Assembly: GCA_003427395.1 (NCBI GenBank)
Contig: BFEA01000021.1
Location: forward strand, 309,873-373,872
Direction of reading: 5' to 3'
Source of the DNA: Chara braunii
Taxonomy: Eukaryota; Plantae; Charophyceae
Length of the DNA stretch: 64,000 bases
In this document: in pieces, positions 48,356-61,119 of the stretch
How the letters are laid out: every line of letters starts with the position of its first letter
How positions within the stretch are numbered: the first letter of the stretch is position 1
The notes under the pieces: model-generated
Seen by the model: only the letters and a program-made list of their open reading frames with translations
Database searches by the model: none
What the model was told of the DNA's origin: nothing
Translations under genes and position numbers: made by a program

Positions 48356-49847
48356 GGCAGCTCCGGTTTTTTTTTTTTTTTTTTTTTTTNNNNNNNNNNN
48401 NNNNNNNNNNNNNNNNNNNNNNNNNNNNNNNNNNNNNNNNNNNNNNNNNNNNNNNNNNNNNNNNNNNNNNNNNNNNNNNNNNNNNNNNNNNNNNNNNNNN
48501 NNNNNNNNNNNNNNNNNNNNNNNNNNNNNNNNNNNNNNNNNNNNNNNNNNNNNNNNNNNNNNNNNNNNNNNNNNNNNNNNNNNNNNNNNNNNNNNNNNNN
48601 NNNNNNNNNNNNNNNNNNNNNNNNNNNNNNNNNNNNNNNNNNNNNNNNNNNNNNNNNNNNNNNNNNNNNNNNNNNNNNNNNNNNNNNNNNNNNNNNNNNN
48701 NNNNNNNNNNNNNNNNNNNNNNNNNNNNNNNNNNNNNNNNNNNNNNNNNNNNNNNNNNNNNNNNNNNNNNNNNNNNNNNNNNNNNNNNNNNNNNNNNNNN
48801 NNNNNNNNNNNNNNNNNNNNNNNNNNNNNNNNNNNNNNNNNNNNNNNNNNNNNNNNNNNAGGGCCTTCTGGTCCTGGCTCCTTCTATTCTGGGGATCGTC
48901 AGTCCGGTTCCTATTCCACCGACGCTGATCTTTTTTCTTATTTGCGAAATCCATAAAATTTACGAATCGAACAAAGGAAAAAAAAAAAAAAGCAACGATA
49001 GGCGCTTTTCTTGTTGGGAAATCCGTTAAATAATAAATTTAGGATCCGAACAAGGTAAAAGAGTGAAGTGTGACAAGCAATGGCCAAGTTGCTCTGCTCT
49101 CCTACACGCAAGCAAATTTTACATTAGAAACAGCGTGTATGATGCGCAAATTTGAGCAAGTGTTCATCGTGATCGTTATCGTAGATAGTGTTCAGTGAAA
49201 TATGTATCAAGTCGCGGCTCCATCGTTCTCCATCTGCTCGTGAAATGTTTTTGCGTCCCATTTTTATCAGCGTCATTGCTGTGATCGGTATCATCATAGA
49301 TCATGATGGACCTCCATCGTCATCAGCATCGTAGATGTTATGATGACGATAGGCACGACTGTCTGTATGATTATCAAGTGACAGTGTGGTCCTCTGATCA
49401 TGATTGTCATCCCATCCCTCCTGTCATGATGATGAGTATCACTGTCATCATGACGGTAGTCACACGACTGTCGTTATGGACCATCTTCTCTGTCATCGTA
49501 CGACATGTAAGATCCTCCTCCTCCTCCTCCTCCTCTCCCCGTCTTCGTCTTCCTCGTCGGTGTCCTTGTCTTCCTTCTTCTCGTGCTCCTCCTCTTCCGC
49601 CTCCTCTTCCTTTGTCGTAGATTTTGTACCACCGACTTCACTCGAATAGAACGCCCGGTCATTACCGCTGTATCGAGACTGAAAGTGAACCCAAATTATA
49701 CCGCGATGATGACCGGGCGTTCTATTCGAGTGAAGACAGTAGTGTATTGTCTTATCTGCTCTCTCTTCCTTGGGCCTGGCTGTTGCTTAACCTGCTGCAC
49801 GTCATCTCTTGACCACCACGTAGAGAAAGTTGCAGCTCAGAGCATTT

Positions 49848-49972
49848 AATGGGGGTCAATGGGGGTCAATGGGGTCAATGGGGGTCAATTGGGGTCAATG
49901 GGGGTCAATTGGGGTCAATGGGGGTCAATGGGGTTCAATGGGGGTCAGTGGTGTTCAATGGGGGTCAATGGC
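49848..49972. repeat. Minisatellite (GGGGGTCAAT)n, about 12 units
   Basis: Seen directly. Confidence 0.9.
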
Positions 49973-52049
49973 GGCGTGAGATATCCCTCGACATTTGGTA
50001 TTGGTAGATCCTAGTCAGGTCCGACTAGTTTCAGCCAAGTGCGTTTTGACTGTGTGGCTGGCCTGCCTCCGGTAAAACCCAAATCTGTCTGTCTGTGTTG
50101 CGTCTTAACCTCCTGCTATGTCCTTTCTGGGAGCTGGCCCAGCTGGGCACATTAAAAGGACCTGCAACCAGAGGATACCATCTGGACGTGTTTGCGGTCA
50201 GATGCATCCAGGTCCCATCAGAAACTGTCACCTCAGTCTGCTGAGAACCCTGCACTGAGACCAAGATCCAATTGAGGAGGGAAAAAAAAAANNNNNNNNN
50301 NNNNNNNNNNNNNNNNNNNNNNNNNNNNNNNNNNNNNNNNNNNNNNNNNNNNNNNNNNNNNNNNNNNNNNNNNNNNNNNNNNNNNNNNNNNNNNNNNNNN
50401 NNNNNNNNNNNNNNNNNNNNNNNNNNNNNNNNNNNNNNNNNNNNNNNNNNNNNNNNNNNNNNNNNNNNNNNNNNNNNNNNNNNNNNNNNNNNNNNNNNNN
50501 NNNNNNNNNNNNNNNNNNNNNNNNNNNNNNNNNNNNNNNNNNNNNNNNNNNNNNNNNNNNNNNNNNNNNNNNNNNNNNNNNNAAAGCTGGCGATTTTTTT
50601 TTTTTTTTGGGGAAAAAAAGATACAAGCAATGAGAAAGCTCTCCTTCCCACTTTCCACTGACCTTGTTAGTGATAGAGATTTCCTTGGGAGTCTTGATGC
50701 AGTCCGGTCTCTTCCTCCCTCTTCCACAACCTCCTAGGAAGAGCTCTGGCTTTCTAGGACGGAGTAGGGTACCAGCACTAACCTGAGTAAGGTCCGAAAC
50801 AATGGCCTCCCTCTCCCACAACCTCCTAGGAAGAGCTATGGCTTTCTAGGTCTTCTTCTTCTTGCCCTCCATTGCGTACATGGGCCATATGGCCTCGCTC
50901 CACTGCATGGCATCTGCAGGGTTTGAACCCATGTCTTGCTTATCAACATGTGTAGCTGTTAACCATGCAATTGCTCTGGGTCTTCTTTGATTCCCTTTCG
51001 GAATATTTCTCACATCCCTTCTTCTTCTTCTTCTTGCCCTCATGCTCTCTCTCTCTCTCTCTCTGTTCTTTTTCTCTCTTACCTTGGTTTACTCTTTTCT
51101 CCTTCTTTCTGTTACCCTATCTTTTTGCATGGGAAGAAGTGAGCGCATGACGTAGCGCGCATTCATGGTTCTTTACCTACACATGTTGATGTACGAGGCA
51201 AGAGTTCGAACACCCACATTCCCTTCTCTGTTTACCTGCACATGTTGAATACACTACACTGATGTTAAGGGCGTGGCTCACACGAAACGAAGCACGGTAT
51301 GTCTGCGAAGAGGTTCTTGTGAAGGGCGATGAAACCGACAACGGCACCTCCAAAAGAAAGGCCGCGCATGCTCTAACGAAGTAGCTCATGGCTGTTGTCT
51401 TATGCACTTTGCAGCAACAACATTGTGCGAAGGTTGTGTCGAAGGGAAGAAGGCCATCGCAGAGTGATGTTGACGCATTGTGCAGTGAGCCCTACCAGTC
51501 AGATTGCAGCAGCTTTTCAACTTACGAGAACGCGTACAGGCATCTGCAACAGTCACTGGTCACCGCTGCCTCTTTCTTTTGTCCGGGAACGGTGGTTCGT
51601 TTAAAGGAATTACCACTACTAGTACCTTTTTCGCGCCTGTTGCTGTTCCCAGCTGGCTGACCTCCTTTTCTTCAGGAGGTCAATTGAATTGGCAACCCCC
51701 CTCCNCCCCCCCNCCCCCCCCCCTCCCCCCCGGTTGGCGCAGCTTTCTCTTCCATCTGCAGGGGTTGGCTCGATTTTTCAGGAGGTAGTGGTGGTTTATC
51801 TCACCTGGTGGACATAGGCTGTGTTGATAGGAACAGACGTTCCGCTACGCAACACTGAGAGAGCGCAGATCATTGCAACGGACTCTGTGTTGTTCAGCGC
51901 TAAATGCGTCGCCATGCTGGTTGTCTCAACTTGTGAAAAAACGCCGCAAAGCGAATGAACTTTCAGTTGAATTGACTGAGTTAACCACCGTCAGAAACAG
52001 CAACAACTGCGGTAGGATTAGTCTGTCGATAGAGAGAGTGATATACAAC

Positions 52050-52865
52050 ATGGTGTCGGCCGCGGCTGTCGGTGCTGCGGCTGCTGTGGTGCGATCTGTA
52101 GCCGGTCGGTTGACTTTGCAGCGATGCATCGCAGGGTCACAAAAAATGACCACGTGTGAATCACACTGTTCTAGTCATTCTGTTCCTTATCGTCGTCAGC
52201 GAGACAACCTTGGTTGCCACTGTCGTTGCCGGGCCTGGACACTGCCGTCGTCCGCAATGGCGTTCTTGCGCACAAGGAGGACGGCAGCCAACAGTCGTAA
52301 CTCTGTGGGCTGTTCCTCTGCAAATGGCTGGTCTGCTGCTAAGAATCAATGTCAACAGCAAAACCAGTGGCATACCGGCGGCAGAAGGGTTCGTTCAGGT
52401 AGTTCGAGAGAGGGGCAGGAGGGGGAAACCATTGTGGATGAAGCGGAGAACGATGCCGGGGAGACGGCGGAGGAGGATTTCCATGTACCTGCCTGTTCTT
52501 CTCCCGAAGAAGCGGCTAGCGAATCCGAATGGCTCCGAGTGGCACTGCACAAGTGGCTTGACGATGAGTACTGTCCCGAGCCGACCAATTATGAGATAAG
52601 CAGAAGATGTGCGAATGCCTATCTCGAATGCCTACTGAAGGACGAGCGAGACCTCCGGGACATTCTGATGAGCATGATTTACAGCATGGATACGCTTAGC
52701 TTCAAGGAGAGCTTTCATGGCCCCTTTAGTGCTGCAAATGCTGCCGTCGATTTAATCGCTAAACGAATCGAATCGGGCAATTTCCTGAATGGGAAAGGAC
52801 AGGGCCGCGACGCAATGAACGCTGTCTTGGAAACAGCACAGAAGCAAGCCACTGGAACAAGCTAG
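52050..52865 (+). CDS. Conserved uncharacterised protein, probably plastid-targeted (271 aa, single exon)
   Basis: First in-frame ATG at 52050 in the 330-aa ORF; Ala/Ser/Arg-rich transit-peptide-like N-terminus; C-terminal ESEWLRVALHKWLDDEYCPEPTN...FKESFHGPFSAANAAVDLI recalls a plant/cyanobacterial conserved hypothetical family. Confidence 0.8.
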   Translation: MVSAAAVGAAAAVVRSVAGRLTLQRCIAGSQKMTTCESHCSSHSVPYRRQRDNLGCHCRCRAWTLPSSAMAFLRTRRTAANSRNSVGCSSANGWSAAKNQCQQQNQWHTGGRRVRSGSSREGQEGETIVDEAENDAGETAEEDFHVPACSSPEEAASESEWLRVALHKWLDDEYCPEPTNYEISRRCANAYLECLLKDERDLRDILMSMIYSMDTLSFKESFHGPFSAANAAVDLIAKRIESGNFLNGKGQGRDAMNAVLETAQKQATGTS

Positions 52866-54554
52866 AGGAGGAGCAAATACCTGGAACCCCCCTCGAGGGC
52901 CGAAAAGCTGCGGGAAGTAGTACGAGGCGGCCAGGCAAAGAAATTTGTACAGACTTTTTCTGGGTCGTAAACAGAGGAGCAGAGAACAGACCCCAACTAC
53001 TATCAACAACCTGCAGAGGGGAGGGTAGGTGGCCAGGGAAGGGAAGTTTTTTTCTCAGTTATAATCCAGTAGAGGACAAATTGAATGCGGACAGCACATT
53101 TGCTGAGTACGTACGACAAGAAAGAGAGTTCATCTGGTCTTTTTTGAAAGGTCTTGCTTTCTGCAGACTTCTTTTTTTTTTGGGGGGGGGGGGGTAATCT
53201 GGTGTGGGCACAGGAAAGAATCTCAAGGAAAATTCTTTGAAAGCTCAAGTTAGTTTCACTTTGAGGAAAGTGCATATATCCAAAACAAGGTTGTGACTCG
53301 TTCCCTTTGAGCAAACCTCGAGGTCGAACTTTGGAAGTCTTTTGATGTGTATTCATGATCTAGATGTATCCGCAGAGACAGTTGAATTCTCACGTGCGAA
53401 AGCGCCCTCGTGCAGACCGGTTTTCGAAAGCTTCTCGCTAAACTGAGATGCAGTCGAGCTTGTGTAGAATCTCCATCTGCCGTCGATCTGTAACTGGTAT
53501 TAAGCTGTCAATCGTATGGCGATCTACAGATATCTCATCGATACGACGTGTGGGACAAAATGGGGCAGAATAAGGAGAGGAGTCTCGAAAACGTTGCAGG
53601 AGAAAGGCCGTGTACAACGTTTGTAGAGCTAGATTGGGTGTTTCGCTGTGTGCTGCGTGATCCATGTAACTTTGTCATCAACGTATAAAAAAGCTACCGT
53701 CTTCACCAGAATACGACGACCGACCGGTCATTATAGACGACGTATTTGATGCAACTTTCAGTCTACGTACAGCGATAATGACAGGGCGTTGAGATTGGGT
53801 GAAGACGGTAGTCGGGGAATATTGCTCTTGTAAAGCCAGGTTGTCGGAACGTTGGCCCAGTGAAGGAAGGTTTCAAATATTTGGAATTGAATTCCAGGTG
53901 TTTCTGTCGATGCGTGTTCTGGTTCTGGTGTTGGTGCGAAAGCGTTGGACTTGGGGGCTGATTTTTCACCTGAGGTGTATTGTTGTTGGGGTGGTGTGTT
54001 CCATCGCTGCGCCTTTGCTTGGAAGAAATGGTTGGGGATGGGAAAACAAATAAAGACTGGCACCTTTCTCGGCCTTTTTTTGTCTAAAAATAGATCAATT
54101 GTATTATGCTATTATAGTATTTTCTCATCTGATCAGTTTAAAATCGGATCCGTGGACGATCGAAAAATGAAAGTGACCTAGAAATAAAGAGAAGCAGGGA
54201 AAGGGAGAAAAGGAAGAAATACCTCGCAGATATTCCGCCTCGCTCCATTCGTTGCCAAATGTGCAAAATGAGACCGAATCCTGCTCTAGAACATGGAAAA
54301 GGTACATTGCCATTTTTTTTTTGTCTTTTCTGCATGTGGAGAGTAGTCGGTGTAGCGACGTCCATTGTCTGAAAGAAAAAAATTGTGGCTTGTTAATGGA
54401 CACAACTTTAGGAAGTACTGGTGGTTTAACACGTCAATCAATTTGGCTTTTGACTAAGTTTTTAGTGTTCCTCAGCAGACCAGAACGGAAAGCACGATGG
54501 TAACCGGAAGGAGCCAGAGTTGTTCTTCAGGATATTTTTCCGGGCGCCCGGGCA

Positions 54555-54633
54555 AAATAGAAACCTTACAGAGAAAGAAGAGTAGCATGGCTCCTGTGCA
54601 AGGATGACACACATAAGTTGAGAAATGGAGTCC
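54555..54633 (+). pseudogene. 5'-truncated U6 snRNA fragment flanked by 20-bp direct repeats
   Basis: TACAGAGAAAGAAGAGTAGCATGGCTCCTGTGCAAGGATGACACACATAAGTTGAGAAATGG; tttttccgggcgcccgggca at 54535-54554 and 54642-54661. Confidence 0.75.
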
Positions 54634-54774
54634 CTAGGCTGTTTTTCCGGGCGCCCGGGCACCCTACGTATGGCCGGCCACACGCCCGGGTGCCCGACCG
54701 GGCGTGACCCAGCGCCAAAAGAAAAGAAAAAAAAATCCGGGAAAAAAAATGTTGTGTAGAATTTTCATGGTTGC

Positions 54775-55290
54775 CCCGGGCCCGGACAACTGGACAACCG
54801 GACAACCGGACAACCGGACAACCGGACAGCGGACCCGTGTCTGGATCAAACCGGACGTCCGGTTACCCGGACATCAAACTGGACATCTGGACCCGGACAG
54901 TCCGGTTACCCGGACATCAAACTGGACATCTGGACCCGGACAGTCCGGTTTGCTGTGTCAGTGTCTGGTTGTCTTGGGAAAAAAAAAAAAAAAAAAAAAC
55001 CAAGCACAGAGCTCAAATGCACCAATACTCCATCCAAATAAGAGCAAAGCAGTGAACTCATGTGCCGATGTCATCGCTCTCAGGCCCCACCAACACAGTA
55101 TCCAATGTCGCTCATCTTTGTCTGGCGTCATCGCCCTCCCATCCTTCATCGCCTCCCATCCTTCATCGCCCTCCCATTCGTCATCACCCTCCCATCCCTG
55201 CTCGCCCCTCCCATCCTTCATCGCTCTTCTATCCCTCATCGCCGTCCCATCATCGCCCTCCCATCCCTGGTCGCCCCTCCCATCGGCCCG
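54775..55290. repeat. (CCGGACAA)n tract, a 44-bp tandem duplication and (CATCGCCCTCC)-type repeats, possibly transposon subterminal repeats
   Basis: Seen directly at 54781-54950 and 55125-55285. Confidence 0.7.
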
Positions 55291-56189
55291 ACCTTCCTCC
55301 GACGTCACCAAAATACAAGGAATATGAGCGAGAGAAAAACAAGTTGCAGAATCACGCAGACGTCCAGATAGTCCATGTACCAAGCAGAGAGCTCAAATGC
55401 ACCAAGATTCCGTCCAAATAAGAGCGAAGCAGTGAACCCGTGTGCCAGAGTTTTTCCAGGACAAGCTGTTTGAAAAAAGAGGACTGTGCCCAGAAAAGGG
55501 TCTATGTTTTGTAACTTTTTTGTAAAAAGAAAAAGAAAAAGAAAAAGAAAAAGAAAAAAAGGGACTGTTTGTTTCCTTTTTTCCTTTTCATGGGCAGTGA
55601 AGGTGCAGCGCTGCACGCTCAGAATATTCAACCGTTAGTGCTCTGACTTAAGAGGCCCGGATTTTGAAATTTTGGGCCCAAAGTAATTTGTGAGGCCAAA
55701 AGTTATATCGTATCAGGAAGCTGTAGAGGAAAAGCCGTTCGAAAAAGACAACTGTCTGTTTCCTTGCTGTTACTTTGGGCTTTGCTAAATCTATCTCAAG
55801 ATTCTCAACTTGAACGAGTGTCCAGGTGCATTCAAACAGACTCAATATTTTGAATGTATCGGGAGACATGCAAGAACCAGATACATTTCAAACGTTGTGT
55901 AATGGAGTGTGGCCCTTTTCTTTCCATGGGTCTCTTTTTTGAATGGCTGGCCTAGAGTGTTGCTCATTCTTCAACCTCCCACGCATTCTTCCGTTTCCAC
56001 TGTTTGCTCGTCACCAATGAATTGCTGCTTGCCATGTGGAAACGGCGGCTCTGCTGTTTAGCTCTCAACTCAACCACTTACCACTCACCGCAGCAGAGAA
56101 CGACCGGGGGGTTTGTAGCTCGTCAAAGCATCTCAGGTGATGTCTGATCGGGCATTGGCTGGCAGGGAAGCGCGTAAGCGAGGAGAACA

Positions 56190-59100
56190 ATGGCAGCGGC
56201 AGCGATGGCGGTCGATTTGCGGTCGGAGGAGGGTCAAACGTGGTTGCTGCAGTGTCTGCAAGCAGCACTTGCCGCAGATGCATCCTCGAGGGTCAGCGCG
56301 GAGGAGGCCCTTCGGACAGCTGGACGACAACCTGGCTTTGGAGTTGCGTTGTCGAAGGTCGTCCTCTCGGCGGAAATCCCCTATGGGGTGCGACAATTGG
56401 CGGCTGTTGTTCTGAAGCAGTTTGTGAAGGAAGCATGGAAGATTGATAGTTCCGAGAGTGACAAGAAGCCCATGCAAGGGAATCAATGCTTTGTCGCCCA
56501 TCCAGAGGACAAGGCATTCATCAAGGAGTTTTTACCAAACGCGCTTGGCGATCCCGAGGGAAAGATCCGTACTGCGGTGGGGATTGTGATTGCAACGATT
56601 GCGCAGAAGGACTGGCCGGAAGAATGGCCCGGGCTGATGGAATTTCTCCTCCATTGCATCCGCGACCACTCGTCAGTTGAAAGACTCCATGGCGCGTTGC
56701 GGTGCTTATCGCTGTTCGCGGATGAGATAGACGACTCACAAATGCCGTCGCTTGTGCCCGTCCTCTTCCCGGAGCTGTTCAAGATCTTCTCTTCTCCAGA
56801 TGTGTACGGAGTCTCCGTACACAGGCTAGCGCTTGTGGTCCTGCATAGCTGCATCTCCACCTTGGGCATCATGAGCGGTGCTTTTCAGAACGAGACAAAG
56901 GCGCTGATGTCGCCCATGCTCAAGTCCTGGATGGAATACTTCAGCGCTGTTTTGTCGCGTCCAACGACGGCCCAGAATGCCGATGACTGGAGCCTGAAAA
57001 TGTGGGTGTTGAAGGTGCTCATGCAAGTGGTGGTCAACTTCCCGAAGCTGGCGGCGGCACACGTGCAAATCGTGCTCCACCCGCTGTGGCAGCTGTTTGT
57101 CGGATGTGCGGCTGTCTATGACGAAGCGGCGGGCGCCGAATCGCCGGTTGACCTCGTCGACTCCGATGGCGATGAACTTAGTCTTGAAGCGCTGATTATT
57201 CAGATGTTTGAATTCCTCATCTCGCTTGTCGGACAACCTCGGTTCCGCAAAGTAGTTGCGGGGAGCGTGAGTGATCTTGTCTACCACACCATTGGATTGA
57301 TGAAGATGACGAGGCATCAGGTGGAGACATGGTCGACAGACCCGAATCAGTACATCTCCGACGAGGACGACCTGACCTTCAGTTGCAGAGTCTCTGGGGC
57401 CATGCTGCTGGAGGAGGTTGTCGCTGCTTTCGACACCAAAGGAGTCTCAGCGATCCAACTAGCAGTCCAGAAGAGGCTTGTGGAGGCAGCTGCGGCAAGG
57501 AGTGCTGGGAATGCTGAGTGGTGGAAGATGAGGGAGGCTGCCATTCTCGCGATAGGCACTGTGTCTGAAGCGCTCCTGGACCCGCCAAAGGGAAGTAAGG
57601 GGTCCAGCACTGGACGCCACGCTGTCCTCGCTCTGTTGGAGAGCCTTCTGTACGAGGATCTCGGCAACGATGGCACATCTTGCCCTTTCCTCCGCGGGCG
57701 AGCGCTGTGGGCGGCATCACGACTCTCCACTGCTGTCCCTGGAAACAATGTAGTTCCTTACCTTGAGGCAGCTGTACGGGGCTTGGGGCACGGGAATCCG
57801 GTGCCAATCATGGTTGGTGCCTGCAGGGCACTCTCTCAGTTCTGCCCAAAGATCGGTCCCGAGACCCTTCGCCCGTGTCTGCCTGCCATCTATCATGGGG
57901 TTGGAAGCCTTCTGCAGCAGGCGACAGAGGAAACACTGCATTTGGTCCTGGAGACTCTGCTTGTGGCTGTGAAAGCAGATTCCGCAACGGCAGCGGCCAT
58001 GGAGCCCTCTGTGTCACCCGCCGTTCTCAATATCTGGGCCGCTCACATTACAGATCCGCTGATCTCCGTCGACGCCAGCGACGTTATCGAGGCCATTGCA
58101 GATATTCCCGAGTGTGTCGAATCGCTGCTCGTGAATGCACTGCCTGCACTTTCACGCGTCCTGTCGACGAACACTGACCAGCAGACGTCGGGGATCATTG
58201 AGGGTGCCTTGGACATGCTTACCATGTTCTTGAACAAGGCACCCCCGCATATGGTGCGCAACATGCACGATTCCTGTTTCAATGGCGTCGTATTTCTGGC
58301 GATGAAGAGCGAAGACAACGGTGAACTGCAGTCGGCAGCGGAGTGTCTGGCAGGCTTCCTGCGGGCGGCAGGTCCGTCGATCCTAGAGTGGAGTGCAGCT
58401 GGGCCAGAAGCAGCTCTGAAGGGGCTGCTGGATGTCTGTGCTAGGCTGTTGTCGCCAGACCTGGACGCGTCTGGCTCCCTGTATGTGGGCAGCCTGCTCG
58501 TCCAGATGCTCCGCCAGTTTCCGGGCTTGATGGCCCCCCATGTACAGAATCTCGTAAGAGCATTGGTTGTCCGAATGTCGAATGGAAGCACTCCCAATTT
58601 GGAAGCGGAGCTTATCCTCGTGTTTGCCCGACTCGTCCACATGAGTGTCCCGAATGTCAGTCAATTTCTTGACCTGCTTAGTTCGGTACCTGTCGATGGG
58701 CATGGGAATGCTCTTCCCTTCGTCCTGTCGCATTGGGTAGAACACGAAGACCTCGTCGAAGGGGACTATCAGATGAAGGTATCTTCGACCGCACTGGCGC
58801 TTATCCTTGCGTCGTGTGATCCTAGGTTGGCTCTTGTGAAGGTCAAGGGTCAGATGCTGAGGAGCGCAGAAGGAAGCGGCATGGTCACGCGGTCGCGGTC
58901 GCGGTCGAAGCCTGTCGAGTGGACGAGCATGTCACTTCCTGCAAAGATTCTGGGCATTCTGGCAGATGTCATGAGTGGGGCACAGGAGGGGCCAGGTATC
59001 GCAATGATCGAGGAAGAGGAGGAGGAGTGGGAAGAGGCTGAGGATGAGGATGAGCTAGAAGATAATGAAGATGCCGAAGACATTGAAACGGATGGTGCAG

Positions 59101-59375
59101 CTGACGCAGGTGCTGAAACCGGCAAATCGGTTTTCCAACCCGCCGAAGGGATCGAGGGACTGTCAGAGGACGACCTCGAGGATGGAGATTACAGGGAAGA
59201 CCCAGATGCTGCCAGTGATCCAATTAACAAGATTGACCTGGGGGTGTACCTGAAGGAAGTTGTCGATCAATTTGCTTCTAAGGACAAGCACGCGTTTGCC
59301 GAGCTTTGTAAGGAACTCACAGAGGAGCAAAAGGCGGTTGTGTGGGGGACAGCGGCTTTGATGGTGGCTGCATGA
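56190..59375 (+). CDS. IPO9: Importin-9 (importin-beta family, Kap114/IPO9-like), 1061 aa, intronless
   Basis: IBN_N motif (RVSAEEAL...RQLAAVVLKQFVKEAW), DWPEEWP, WSTDPNQYISDEDD, WKMREAA, PFLRGRALW, VTRSR, acidic loop and DPINKIDL C-terminal motif typical of importin-9. Confidence 0.92.
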   Translation: MAAAAMAVDLRSEEGQTWLLQCLQAALAADASSRVSAEEALRTAGRQPGFGVALSKVVLSAEIPYGVRQLAAVVLKQFVKEAWKIDSSESDKKPMQGNQCFVAHPEDKAFIKEFLPNALGDPEGKIRTAVGIVIATIAQKDWPEEWPGLMEFLLHCIRDHSSVERLHGALRCLSLFADEIDDSQMPSLVPVLFPELFKIFSSPDVYGVSVHRLALVVLHSCISTLGIMSGAFQNETKALMSPMLKSWMEYFSAVLSRPTTAQNADDWSLKMWVLKVLMQVVVNFPKLAAAHVQIVLHPLWQLFVGCAAVYDEAAGAESPVDLVDSDGDELSLEALIIQMFEFLISLVGQPRFRKVVAGSVSDLVYHTIGLMKMTRHQVETWSTDPNQYISDEDDLTFSCRVSGAMLLEEVVAAFDTKGVSAIQLAVQKRLVEAAAARSAGNAEWWKMREAAILAIGTVSEALLDPPKGSKGSSTGRHAVLALLESLLYEDLGNDGTSCPFLRGRALWAASRLSTAVPGNNVVPYLEAAVRGLGHGNPVPIMVGACRALSQFCPKIGPETLRPCLPAIYHGVGSLLQQATEETLHLVLETLLVAVKADSATAAAMEPSVSPAVLNIWAAHITDPLISVDASDVIEAIADIPECVESLLVNALPALSRVLSTNTDQQTSGIIEGALDMLTMFLNKAPPHMVRNMHDSCFNGVVFLAMKSEDNGELQSAAECLAGFLRAAGPSILEWSAAGPEAALKGLLDVCARLLSPDLDASGSLYVGSLLVQMLRQFPGLMAPHVQNLVRALVVRMSNGSTPNLEAELILVFARLVHMSVPNVSQFLDLLSSVPVDGHGNALPFVLSHWVEHEDLVEGDYQMKVSSTALALILASCDPRLALVKVKGQMLRSAEGSGMVTRSRSRSKPVEWTSMSLPAKILGILADVMSGAQEGPGIAMIEEEEEEWEEAEDEDELEDNEDAEDIETDGAADAGAETGKSVFQPAEGIEGLSEDDLEDGDYREDPDAASDPINKIDLGVYLKEVVDQFASKDKHAFAELCKELTEEQKAVVWGTAALMVAA

Positions 59376-60068
59376 ATTCGAGTCGATAGAGCGCACTATG
59401 TACGAAGCCAGGAGAAGTCTCATGCTGAGAACTGAATGGTGTAGCCTTATGAAAGGGGTAGATGTGGCCATCATGTGGGCAAGTTACGAAAGAATTTGCG
59501 AGTGGTCGTGGACGGGATTGAAAAATTGATTGGCTAATAAGCAGCAGGGCTCGTCTGGGAGGTGAGGAGGGCATGGAAGTGGAGGGATGGGTAGAAGTGG
59601 ATGGTAGGTAGGAGGGCATTTATCAGCCTTCACTTTTTTTGGCATACGTGGGAGTGATTTTGTAGGGGTAGGGGTTGGTTAATTGCCCCATGCTACATCG
59701 AGGGAGGTGTGTGGTTTCCTGGAAGTGATTTTGTATGAGGGAGGGGTAAGGTTTCCTTGCGATCAATTTTGATTCATTGCATTTGTCTGGATGCGGGAAA
59801 AGTGAGGTTTAAATTTTGGTTCTGGAAGAGATCAGGGTTTATAGCGGCGGCGACGTGTAGTGTGAACAACGGGGCAAATTTAACGGCCTATCGGTGTGTT
59901 TGCGCAGGTTCTGAAGAGGGAGCTAACAAGTAGATGTACAGGCAGATAAGGTTTGATAAGTGACACACAGGTTTGCGGTTAACTAGGTAGGTCTATGGTT
60001 AACTAGCTGGTTAACTAGGTGGTGTATCTGTCTATCAGCTTTGTAGATAGCTGGAGCTATTAGCCTTC

Positions 60069-60322
<254 letters not shown>

Positions 60323-60852
60323 ATTAGTTCGCTCTTTGATTGGCAGAAACCGAAGTGGAAACTTCAGGGAGGGGAGAGTATCATTGATCAAGGGGGAAAA
60401 AAAAGGAAAAAAGGGTTATCTTCGATTTCTTTTGGAGAGGAGAAATAAGGCGAAGGCCTGGTGAATAAGGGTACACTCACTGGAGGGACTTTTTCAACTC
60501 AGCTCTGGCTCTAAAGTATGGTGGCGGGTCGTAACTGTGGCCAGATACATCCAGGAAACTGCGCTGTTATAAGTGGGGCTGGTCCTTTTGGATGAATAAT
60601 AGGATTTGCCCAATTATGAATGAGATGTGCAGGGCTTTCTTTTCAGATTTTTTTTTTTTTTTTAATCCTTTACCGTTTTCAGAGTTTTGTTATAACTCTC
60701 TGAATCATCTATTTGAGCTATTTTTTTCTCCTGAATAAGCCTAATTTCAATAAGGAGTTCTTTTGATTTTTTTCCTCTTTCGTTTTCGTTCTTTTTTGTT
60801 CTTTCAGTGACAACGTTGTTGGCAGGTAGCTTTTCGTTGTTTCTTTCTTCTT

Positions 60853-60883
<31 letters not shown>

Positions 60884-61119
60884 NTTTTTTTTGTGTGTGT
60901 GTGTGTGTGTGTGTGCGTGTTCTTTTCATTTTGTTTGTTGCTTTTGTTTTTGTATGTGTGTGTGTGCGTGTGTGCGTGTGTTGCCAATATTCGCTGTTCA
61001 CAACTCCGCAAAAAAAAAGCATCGACTGTGTCACCAATGGCAGTTCCAATCAAAGATCGTCTCGCCGGTTAAATCTTCCCCAACTTGGGCTCGAGTAACT
61101 CACAAATAATTCCAGAGTT

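Noticed and set aside
51873-52049. Upstream extension of the 330-aa ORF
   Set aside because: It begins at a non-ATG codon; the first ATG in good context is at 52050
56065-59474. Antisense and alternative-frame ORFs overlapping importin-9
   Set aside because: Shadow ORFs of a GC-rich coding sequence with no recognisable motifs
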